From the NCBI GenBank assembly GCA_963765495.1, contig CAVXWP010000007.1, positions 256,001-320,000 of the forward strand: a stretch of 64,000 bases of DNA, in the 5' to 3' direction. The stretch is from Blastocatellia bacterium. GTDB taxonomy: Bacteria > Acidobacteriota > Blastocatellia > UBA7656. A program made the position numbers and the translations under genes. The notes beneath the pieces are model-generated. The model worked only from the letters and a program-made list of their open reading frames with translations. It made no database searches and was not told the origin of the DNA. Below are positions 21,177 through 30,906 of the stretch, piece by piece. The stretch's first letter is position 1, and each line of letters begins with the position of its first letter.

Positions 21177-21506
21177 ACGCATTCTTTGAAACGGCCGGGC
21201 ATTAATCATCGCTCAGGTCTAAACCCCGTGGTTGTACGTACGGGTTGGGAACACCGATTGACCCATATAAGAAATAACACCGAATGAGATGGACTCGAAC
21301 GAAAGCTGTCCGGCAAGAGAGGCTGAACAGATGACAGCGGGAGCCTTTGTAATAAAGTCTTTCAAGCCACTTGTTGGTTGGAAAAGTCCCCGCAACCCCT
21401 ATGTCGGAAATCGCAAATCGAGATGATCTTATGTGAAATTATCCGGGAAGCGACTGGATAGGACGATTTTAGAATTCCGAAATATCATTTTGGAGAGGGA
21501 TAGAAG

Positions 21507-24500
21507 ATGAAAATAAAAAGAGCAGTGATGATGGCAGTGCTGGCAGTGGCAGTTGTCTCACTGGCTGTGCCGATCTTTGGCCTTCGCGCCTCGGCCTCCA
21601 GTGCCTCAACTCCCCCAATTGCCTCTCTTGCCTCAAGACCGGCTTCCTCCGGTCCTGTTGCTCCGGTTGTCGAGCCCACCACTACCGTGGCTCCTCAGCC
21701 TTCAAGCGACAACAATAAGATTCCTCAGGCGACCCTTGATGCACTCGGCATCAAGCGCGTTCCTAAAAACAAACTCGGGGCTATCAGGCAGCAGATCGCA
21801 GCCGGTATTGCCGGTAGATCCAATGCCTCTATCGCCAGACCTGCTGACGGCAAGATCAGCGTCACTGGCCGCCAGTCTCGCCGCTCTAGCCCGCCTCTGA
21901 TCGGCCAACCTGTCGTTTTGAATGAGAACGCCGCCTTGTCGGCTGCCGTCATCACAACGGTCGGCGGACGCGACACTCAGTTTTCTGAGGTGGCATTGGT
22001 AGCCGACTGGGACGGTCGCGAAGATTGTGCTGTTGATCGCGGCGTCAAGATTGACGATCTCTCGGAAGTTGAGCCTGATATCGATTTCGTTTTGACTCGG
22101 GCAGCAATCTCTGAGCACACACGCGGCAACGGCCATCCCTTCTTCAATATTTATTATTATGGTGATTCGGTCGGCAATCTCTATATCGGCATAGACTTTT
22201 TTGGGGATGCTCTTGTAGATACGATTCTGATCATCAACGTTCCCGAACTGGTCACAACAGGGACGACAAACGGGTTCACGCTTTTGAATCCAACTGCGGG
22301 TGATTTCACAGACGATCAGGTGACCATAACCGGTATCGCCGTTAACCCCGTAGCTGACCTCGGTGATTTTTCCGAAGGACCTGACTCTAATTTTGACCTG
22401 TGCGATACGGATGCGTTTCCTGAGGCGCGACACGGAGAGGTGATTTACTTCTCGACTCACGACACGGAAGGCGGAGCCTCGAATGCCGCCAATCAACCCA
22501 TCCGTACTCGCATTTTTGCAATAGGATTGTTTGAGAATTCGGATGCGCTTGGCGGATTCGTTCAGTTCACAAACGTCCGGCAATTGCTCCGCAGCCAGTT
22601 TTCAAACGTCGCGGGCGTGGCCGTCGATGATGACGGCAGCTTGTATTTCGAATTGGTCAACCTCGTCACTCTCAATCCGAGCACGGGGACCGGTTCGGAA
22701 GGCGCTGCCATCTTCAAGGCTACCGAACTCAAACGCACCGTTTGCGGCGACACGGGCCGCATCAACCGCGTGATCCCGTTGATACCGACCCCGTCGACAA
22801 TCACCTCGACCACGGCCCTGACCAACGGCTCGACGAGGTTGACAAACTACACCGGGGCCTCGACGAATTTCGGCAACATCGTGGCTATCACCTGCGGGCC
22901 CTGCAACGTGCTTTATGCAGCCGTCTCTGCCTCTAACACCGGGATTCAGTCCCTTGCTCAGGGCAGATTCAAGGCCACCTCAACCTTCCCAGACGGATTG
23001 CCTTCGATGGTGATCAGTTTCGCCGACTGCGGCGGGGCCTTTGACATGTGCTCAGGAGAGGCCGTGGCCTTGATTGATCCCAATGTAGGCGGCATCCTTC
23101 CAATTGCAGACGGGCGAGCAGACGGGGGAGGCGATTTTGGCAACTGGAGAGTCTTCGTCGTAGGCAACGGACCAGACCTCCCGAGCATAGGAACGAACGC
23201 GCTGGCAGGCAACATCCCCATAACCCAGCACATAGATATGCAGATAGACTTCTCCTCGCACTCTGGGATAGCAGTAAACCAGGAGTCAACCGTGTATGTG
23301 ATAAGCGGAGGAGCGCCGGCAGCCGACTCGGGAGCCTCGCCGTTTGTGACAGAAGTGTTGTGCTTCCCCGACTGGTGTCCGATGGATCGGCGAGCGGATT
23401 ATGTGGACTACCGAGGGAACTCGTTCCCGAACCCGCCAGCCAGTGGAGGGAATGTAGGAGATGGAGATTCGGATCGATTCGATCACATCTACTATCAAGC
23501 ACCGATAGACACGGTGAATCTGCTGCCGACTGGCTTGAGTGGATTGGCAGTTGGATTCCTTCGACAGACAAACCGACTTGTGGGAACAAGCCCGTTTGCG
23601 ATACCGCTAGCAGACGGGAGCCCGCTTGGTGTGACCCAGACCGTGCTTGGCGATGATGATTTCGCAGGGCCGATCATATTTGAAGATCTCGATCCGAGCC
23701 ATCAGGTAGCCGGAGGAGACGATCAGAACACGCCCTTCCGTGGCGATGACAATGACGGATCAGGCGACCCCTCCCTTGATGGGGCGCTTGAAGGCGGATT
23801 CGAGTTCTGCTTTGGTGGCGGGACGACAATCGGAGCCAACTGCGATTCAGACGGCGTCGATGTCTGGAACGCCTTCTTCTGGAACTCAAACGGCAACATC
23901 ACTTTCGGCGAGGGCGATCCTACGCCAAGCCCGAATGTGCTGATATTCAGAGCCGGTCCTCCGAGAATCGCTCCGGCCTGGGTCGACCTAAACCCCGACA
24001 CTCGTGGAGCAGACTTTGGATTGGGACCAGACTTTGGCACCTTCCCTGTGATGGCACTGGGATTTGCCAACATCAACTCGTTCAAGATTCGATGGATCAA
24101 CGTGCCAGAGTTCGGCACGATCGGAGTCGACGAAGTAAACTTCGCGCAGTGTATGTCGTCGAACACGTTCTCAGTGACGCTGTATGACGATGGAACAGGC
24201 TGCGACGAGAACGAGGCGCAGGCCTTCAATCCTGCAAACCCGATAGGCAACAACGCCGTGCCGTTCGACCGACAGGAAGGGCCGACCGACCTGCGCTACA
24301 CGGTGGAACCGGTTACAGGGACAATCGTAGGATGCCCGCCGCGCAATCCGGGAAGCGGGAACTTCTGCTTCGAGTATTGCAGGATGGACCTGCTAGGGAC
24401 GAAGGATCGCCCGGTGCTTGTGGGCTACACCATAGGGTTCCGCGATCCGTTGAACCCGCCAGGACTGTGCGCGTCAAACCTGTCGTGTCTGGCCAGAGAA

Positions 24501-25933
24501 GTCGAACAGCCCGACGGCCACTTTGGAGTGATCCCGAATTGCGATCAGGCGCAGGTGGGAGCGATCTGCCCGTGCTTGATAGGAGAAGGGACGGAGCCGG
24601 AGATCTACGAGTTGTTCAACACAGGAGTTGATGCAGTGGTGAATTCGCAGGGACAGGTGACGTTTGCCAAACCGTCATTTGACCTGAGATTCGAAGGAAA
24701 CGGAGACTGCACGCCGCTGCGTCAGGATGAGAACAATCGAGGGAAGGTGTGCTTCTACGGAGTAGGATGCGGAGAGCCGCCCAACCCGACCTGCAGGCGG
24801 TGATAGTACCGGCAGGAGCCGGGACACCGAACGCAGGAACAGACATAGTAGACCGACTCTGCGCAGTAGGAGTAGAGATAGTCGGATGTGGATTCCTGCC
24901 AAATGAAGTGACGACGATCTGCTCTGGGATCGGAACGGAGACAGGAATACCGATAGTACGACCCGGAAAGACAGTGACGACAGCGGTCGAGGCGGTATGC
25001 GAAGTCGACGTGAAGGGAGACGGGACGACGGAAGTGCCGATCGTATTGGCAAACGTGGTGCCAGTGAGCAAGAACCTGATCACGGCGAGTTTCCCGACCG
25101 TGAGTTTCGGATCAGCCGGAGCAGCAGCGACGAGCACGGCCTTCCCGCTGGGATGCTGTGGAGGAGTAGTGGAAGTAATAGTGACAACGACGTTCACGGA
25201 TGGAGACAACAATGTGTTTGGAGACTTCACGAGGACGTCGGTGTGCGCAGTGAACCTTGGCGTGAGAGCACCGGTAGTGTTGAGTGCGTCGCCGTCATCA
25301 GGGAATTGTGCGGTACCACAGGACATCCTGATAGTGGGATCGTGCTTCCTGACGCCGGGAGCAGTGACATCGGTGTTTGCAGTAGCCGAAGACGGGACAG
25401 TGGTACAGGCGACGGTATTCACGATCTTGAAGAACGACACGATAGATGCGTTATTCAACTTCGGGAGTGCTAACGCAGGGAAGGTGTTCCGAATCTTCGT
25501 AACAGGCCCAGGAGGGACGAGCAGGAACCTGTCGGCGTTGGTAGCGGGACAGACGTGCAACATACTTGGAAACGAGCAAGGGATCCAGGTGACGTTCACG
25601 TGTAATTCCGGAGGCAACCCTGGTGATAATGGAAACCCGCCAGACATCGCAAAACTGGATGAATGCCGGTTGAACCGAACATCATCAGGAGGGTTTGTGC
25701 TGACAGTGCTGGGAAGCAACATCAAGCAGGGAGCAACAGCAACAGTCGGAGGAGTGGAACCGAGGAAGATCAAGTTCAAGAGTCCGATCTCGGGGACGCA
25801 AGCCTTCGGTAAGTTGGTGTTGAAGGGACGAGTATGTCAAGGGCTGCCAGGAGCGATCATAGTGACGAATCCTGGACCGAACGGGGGACCGTCGCAGCCG
25901 TTGTCATGCGCCAAGACCTGTCCGTCGAACTAG
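21507..25933 (+). CDS. Large exported Cys/Asp/Gly-rich protein, copy 1; split by a 1-nt frameshift at ~24795 (pseudogene or sequencing error)
   Basis: ORFs 21507-24803 and 24749-25933 together are collinear with intact copy 2; signal peptide; NIDO-like NSNGNITFG...RIAPAWVDL; IPT/TIG-like PVVLSASPSSG. Confidence 0.85.
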
Positions 25934-25957
25934 TTAGACGGAAGCGATCAAGGGGAA

Positions 25958-26030
25958 AGGTGAGAGAGGAAACTCTCTCACCTGAATTTAGAAGCAAAGT
26001 TGAGGAGAATCGGTTTTTCCGGTTCTCCTC
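25958..26030 (+). other. Double-hairpin 3' UTR of copy 1
   Basis: aggtgagagag-gaaa-ctctctcacct, then gaggagaatcgg-tttt-tccggttctcctc; no immediate U-tract. Confidence 0.7.
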
Positions 26031-26305
26031 AGCAAACAGCCTCGGTTGTTTAGTTTGAATGTTCACTTTTGAAACGCTTTGTGAGTGAAAAAATTATCTT
26101 GTCGGTTTTTTATCGAAAGTGTCAGCATTATTTATTTTGATTATTTAAAGACTTGATTCTTTCAAACTTAAAGTGTATTTTTTCGGCTTGAAAAGAAGTT
26201 TTTTTCTGAAAAGGGAACACTTAAGTAGATGGTCTCAAACTACTGTCCGGCAAGAGGCCGGGCGCGCTTATTTTGGAAATACCCAATAACTTTGGAGAGG
26301 GATAG

Positions 26306-29300
26306 ATGATGAAAACAAAAAGAGCAGTGATGATGGCAGTGCTGGCAGTGGCAGTTGTCTCACTGGCTGTGCCGATTGTTGGGCTTCGCGCCTCGGCCTC
26401 CAGTGCCTCAACTTCCCCAATTGCCTCTCTTGCCTCAAGACCGGCTTCCTCCGGTCCTGTTGCTCCGGTTGTCGAGCCCACAGCGTCTGTGGCTCCTCAA
26501 CCTACAAGCGACAACAATAAGATTCCTCAGGCGACCCTTGATGCCCTCGGTGTCAAGCGGTTACCTGACGGCGTCTCTTCCAAATCTGTAGGGGAACGGT
26601 TTGCTCGCGGCTTGACCGGCGGCAAAAATAGCCCCAGACCTTCAATTCAGGGACCCGGTAACTCCGTGCCTCTGTTTGATCCTCATAACCGTCCTCACAG
26701 GCCTGCGGTTAGCGATCCTTCGATCGGTCAACCCGTCGTCCTCGACGGTACTGCCGCTTTCTCGGCTGCCGTTGCCACAAACGTCGGCGGACGCGACTCT
26801 CAGTTCTCTGAGGTTGCCTTGGTAGCCGACTGGGACGGACGCGAAGATTGTGCAGTTGACCGTGGCACCAAGATAGATGATTTCTCAGAGGTCGAACCTG
26901 AAATCGATTTCGTACTTACACGGGTTGCCATCTCTGAGCATACTATTGCCAACGGATTCCTTGATAACCAGTTTTATTATGGTGATTCGATCGGCAATTT
27001 CTATGTCAGCTTTGATCTTGATGGCGACGGGCTGGTTGATATTGTAAATGTTGTCAACATCCCTGAGCTCGTCGGCACGGGTGCCAGTGATGGTTTCGCT
27101 CTGCTCAACCCGACTGCGGGTGATTTTACTGATGATCAGGTGACCATAACCGGTATCGCCGTTAACCCCGTGGCCGACCTCGGTGATTTCGGACTGTGCG
27201 GAATAACGGGTGAAGTCACCTACGTTTCGATTCACGACACGGAAGGCGGAGCCTCGAATGCCGCCAATCAACCCATCCGCACTCGTATTTTCGCCTTTGC
27301 CACATTTGAGTTGGGCGGGGCCGTTTTTTCAGGCGGATCATTGCAGATACTCCGCAGCCAGTTCTCAAACGTAGCGGGCGTGGCCGTCGATGATGACGGC
27401 AACCTCTATTTCGAATTGGTTAACCTTGTCACTCTCAACCCGAGCACGGGGACCGGTTCGGAAGGCGCTGCCATCTTTAAGGCTACCGAACTCAAACGCA
27501 CCGTTTGCGACACAACCGGGCGCATCAACCGCGTGATCCCGTTGATACCGACCCCGTCGACAATCACCTCGACCACGGCTCTGTCCAACGGCTCGACGAG
27601 GTTGACAAACTACACCGGGGCCTCGACGAATTTCGGCAACATCGTGGCTATCACCTGCGGGCCCTGCAACGTGCTTTATGCAGCCGTCTCTGCCTCTAAC
27701 ACCGGGATTCAGTCCCTTGCTCAGGGCAGATTCAAGGCCACCTCAACCTTCCCAGACGGATTGCCTTCGATGGTGATCAGTTTCGCCGACTGCGGCGGGG
27801 CCTTTGACATGTGCTCAGGAGAGGCCGTGGCCTTGATTGATCCCAATGTAGGCGGCATCCTTCCAATTGCAGACGGGCGAGCAGACGGGGGAGGCGATTT
27901 TGGCAACTGGAGAGTCTTCGTCGTAGGCAACGGACCAGACCTCCCGAGCATAGGAACGAACGCGCTGGCAGGCAACATCCCCATAACCCAGCATATAGAT
28001 ATGCAGATAGACTTCTCCTCGCACTCTGGGATAGCAGTAAACCAGGAGTCAACCGTGTATGTGATAAGCGGAGGAGCGCCGGCAGCCGACTCGGGAGCCT
28101 CGCCGTTTGTGACAGAAGTGTTGTGCTTCCCCGACTGGTGTCCGATGGATCGGCGAGCGGATTATGTGGACTACCGAGGGAACTCGTTCCCGAACCCGCC
28201 AGCCAGTGGAGGGAATGTAGGAGATGGAGATTCGGATCGATTCGATCACATCTACTATCAAGCACCGATAGACACGGTGAATCTGCTGCCGACTGGCTTG
28301 AGTGGATTGGCAGTTGGTTTCATTCGTTACACGAATCGGCTTGCAGACAACCCGATAAGCGATGGGGTTGCCCTGGGCTTCACGCAGCCGATATTGGGAG
28401 ATGATGATTTCGCAGGGCCGATCATATTTGAAGATCTCGATCCGAGCCATCAGGCAGCCGGAGGAGACGATCAGAACACGCCCTTCCGTGGCGATGACAA
28501 TGACGGATCAGGCGACCCCTCCCTTGATGGGGCGCTTGAAGGCGGATTCGAGTTCTGCTTTGGTGGCGGGACGACAATCGGAGCCAACTGCGATTCAGAC
28601 GGCGTCGATGTCTGGAACGCCTTCTTCTGGAACTCAAACGGCAACATCACTTTCGGCGAGGGCGATCCTACGCCAAGCCCGAATGTGCTGATATTCAGAG
28701 CCGGTCCTCCGAGAATCGCTCCGGCCTGGGTCGACCTAAACCCCGACACTCGTGGGGCAGACTTTGGCCTTGGACCAGACTTTGGCACCTTCCCTGTGAT
28801 GGCACTGGGATTTGCCAACATCAACTCGTTCAAGATTCGATGGATCAACGTGCCAGAGTTCGGCACGATCGGAGTCGACGAAGTAAACTTCGCGCAGTGT
28901 ATGTCGTCGAACACGTTCTCAGTGACGCTGTATGACGATGGAACAGGCTGCGACGAGAACGAGGCGCAGGCCTTCAATCCTGCAAACCCGATAGGCAACA
29001 ACGCCGTGCCGTTCGACCGACAGGAAGGGCCGACCGACCTGCGCTACACGGTGGAACCGGTTACAGGGACAATCGTAGGATGCCCGCCGCGCAATCCGGG
29101 AAGCGGGAACTTCTGCTTCGAGTATTGCAGGATGGACCTGCTAGGGACGAAGGATCGCCCGGTGCTTGTGGGCTACACCATAGGGTTCCGCGATCCGTTG
29201 AACCCGCCAGGACTGTGCGCGTCAAACCTGTCGTGTCTGGCCAGAGAAGTCGAACAGCCCGACGGCCACTTTGGAGTGATCCCGAATTGCGATCAGGCGC

Positions 29301-30682
29301 AGGTGGGAGCGATCTGCCCGTGCTTGATAGGAGAAGGGACGGAGCCGGAGATCTACGAGTTGTTCAACACAGGAGTTGATGCAGTGGTGAATTCGCAGGG
29401 ACAGGTGACGTTTGCCAAACCGTCATTTGACCTGAGATTCGAAGGAAACGGAGACTGCACGCCGTTGAGACAGGATGAGAACAACCGAGGGAAGGTGTGC
29501 TTCTACGGAGTAGGATGCGGAGAGCCGCCCAACCCGACCTGCAATCTGGTGGTAGTACCGGCAGGAGCCGGGACACCGAACGCAGGAACAGACATAGTAG
29601 ACCGACTCTGCGCAGTAGGAGTAGAGATAGTCGGATGTGGATTCCTGCCAAATGAAGTGACGACGATCTGCTCTGGGATCGGAACGGAGACAGGAATACC
29701 GATAGTACGACCCGGAAAGACAGTGACGACAGCGGTCGAGGCGGTATGCGAAGTCGACGTGAAGGGAGACGGGACGACGGAAGTGCCGATCGTATTGGCA
29801 AACGTGGTGCCAGTGAGCAAGAACCTGATCACGGCGAGTTTCCCGACCGTGAGTTTCGGATCAGCCGGAGCAGCAGCGACGAGCACGGCCTTCCCGCTGG
29901 GATGCTGTGGAGGAGTAGTGGAAGTAATAGTGACAACGACGTTCACGGATGGAGACAACAATGTGTTTGGAGACTTCACGAGGACGTCGGTGTGCGCAGT
30001 GAACCTTGGCGTGAGAGCACCGGTAGTGTTGAGTGCGTCGCCGTCATCAGGGAATTGTGCGGTACCACAGGACATCCTGATAGTGGGATCGTGCTTCCTG
30101 ACGCCGGGAGCAGTGACATCGGTGTTTGCAGTAGCCGAAGACGGGACAGTGGTACAGGCGACGGTATTCACGATCTTGAAGAACGACACGATAGATGCGT
30201 TGTTCAACTTCGGGAGTGCTAACGCAGGGAAGGTGTTCCGAATCTTCGTAACAGGCCCAGGAGGGACGAGCAGGAACCTGTCGGCGTTGGTAGCGGGACA
30301 GACGTGCAACATACTTGGAAACGAGCAAGGGATCCAGGTGACGTTCACGTGTAATTCCGGAGGCAACCCTGGTGATAATGGAAACCCGCCAGACATCGCA
30401 AAACTGGATGAATGCCGGTTGAACCGAACATCATCAGGAGGGTTTGTGCTGACAGTGCTGGGAAGCAACATCAAGCAGGGAGCAACAGCAACAGTCGGAG
30501 GAGTGGAACCGAGGAAGATCAAGTTCAAGAGTCCGATCTCGGGGACGCAAGCCTTCGGTAAGTTGGTGTTGAAGGGACGAGTATGTCAAGGGCTGCCAGG
30601 AGCGATCATAGTGACGAATCCTGGACCGAACGGGGGACCGTCGCAGCCGTTGTCATGCTCCAAGACCTGTCCGTCGAACTAG
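26306..30682 (+). CDS. Large exported Cys/Asp/Gly-rich protein, copy 2 (intact, 1458 aa)
   Basis: RBS ggagaggg, signal peptide, DLDGDG Ca-loop-like motif, NIDO-like segment, C-terminal Ig/IPT-like domains. Confidence 0.9.
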   Translation: MMKTKRAVMMAVLAVAVVSLAVPIVGLRASASSASTSPIASLASRPASSGPVAPVVEPTASVAPQPTSDNNKIPQATLDALGVKRLPDGVSSKSVGERFARGLTGGKNSPRPSIQGPGNSVPLFDPHNRPHRPAVSDPSIGQPVVLDGTAAFSAAVATNVGGRDSQFSEVALVADWDGREDCAVDRGTKIDDFSEVEPEIDFVLTRVAISEHTIANGFLDNQFYYGDSIGNFYVSFDLDGDGLVDIVNVVNIPELVGTGASDGFALLNPTAGDFTDDQVTITGIAVNPVADLGDFGLCGITGEVTYVSIHDTEGGASNAANQPIRTRIFAFATFELGGAVFSGGSLQILRSQFSNVAGVAVDDDGNLYFELVNLVTLNPSTGTGSEGAAIFKATELKRTVCDTTGRINRVIPLIPTPSTITSTTALSNGSTRLTNYTGASTNFGNIVAITCGPCNVLYAAVSASNTGIQSLAQGRFKATSTFPDGLPSMVISFADCGGAFDMCSGEAVALIDPNVGGILPIADGRADGGGDFGNWRVFVVGNGPDLPSIGTNALAGNIPITQHIDMQIDFSSHSGIAVNQESTVYVISGGAPAADSGASPFVTEVLCFPDWCPMDRRADYVDYRGNSFPNPPASGGNVGDGDSDRFDHIYYQAPIDTVNLLPTGLSGLAVGFIRYTNRLADNPISDGVALGFTQPILGDDDFAGPIIFEDLDPSHQAAGGDDQNTPFRGDDNDGSGDPSLDGALEGGFEFCFGGGTTIGANCDSDGVDVWNAFFWNSNGNITFGEGDPTPSPNVLIFRAGPPRIAPAWVDLNPDTRGADFGLGPDFGTFPVMALGFANINSFKIRWINVPEFGTIGVDEVNFAQCMSSNTFSVTLYDDGTGCDENEAQAFNPANPIGNNAVPFDRQEGPTDLRYTVEPVTGTIVGCPPRNPGSGNFCFEYCRMDLLGTKDRPVLVGYTIGFRDPLNPPGLCASNLSCLAREVEQPDGHFGVIPNCDQAQVGAICPCLIGEGTEPEIYELFNTGVDAVVNSQGQVTFAKPSFDLRFEGNGDCTPLRQDENNRGKVCFYGVGCGEPPNPTCNLVVVPAGAGTPNAGTDIVDRLCAVGVEIVGCGFLPNEVTTICSGIGTETGIPIVRPGKTVTTAVEAVCEVDVKGDGTTEVPIVLANVVPVSKNLITASFPTVSFGSAGAAATSTAFPLGCCGGVVEVIVTTTFTDGDNNVFGDFTRTSVCAVNLGVRAPVVLSASPSSGNCAVPQDILIVGSCFLTPGAVTSVFAVAEDGTVVQATVFTILKNDTIDALFNFGSANAGKVFRIFVTGPGGTSRNLSALVAGQTCNILGNEQGIQVTFTCNSGGNPGDNGNPPDIAKLDECRLNRTSSGGFVLTVLGSNIKQGATATVGGVEPRKIKFKSPISGTQAFGKLVLKGRVCQGLPGAIIVTNPGPNGGPSQPLSCSKTCPSN

Positions 30683-30706
30683 TTAGACGGAAGCGATCAA
30701 GGGGAA

Positions 30707-30788
30707 AGGTGAGAGAGGAAACTCTCTCACCTGAATTTAGAAGCAAAGTTGAGGAGAATCGGTTTTTCCGGTTCTCCTTAATTTTTTT
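30707..30788 (+). terminator. Double hairpin plus U-tract, intrinsic terminator of copy 2
   Basis: Same two hairpins as copy 1, followed by taattttttt. Confidence 0.75.
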
Positions 30789-30847
30789 GCCTAATTTGGG
30801 CAAGCAAAGAACGTAGACCCATCGGTATTTTCGATTCAAGCAAAAGC

Positions 30848-30876
30848 TTGACATAATCGTAAACGGCATATAAGTT
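30848..30876 (+). promoter_or_regulatory. Sigma-70 promoter of ffh
   Basis: TTGACA-17 nt-TAAGTT, 30 nt upstream of the ATG. Confidence 0.65.
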
Positions 30877-30906
30877 ATTTGTTTCTGTCTTTATACGGGT
30901 AGTTAC

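Noticed and set aside
21287-21350. c-di-GMP-I riboswitch (aaagc...atgacagcggg)
   Set aside because: Lacks the GCAAA/GAAA-tetraloop P1 arm and the CUAA receptor
24616-25779. Long minus-strand ORFs in both paralogs
   Set aside because: Expected from the biased codon usage; duplicated only because the genes are
21507-30778. Diversity-generating retroelement, or a pure assembly duplication
   Set aside because: No RT gene and differences are not adenine-specific; the copies have distinct cassettes and upstream regions, so two real genes exist, though polishing cross-talk is not excluded
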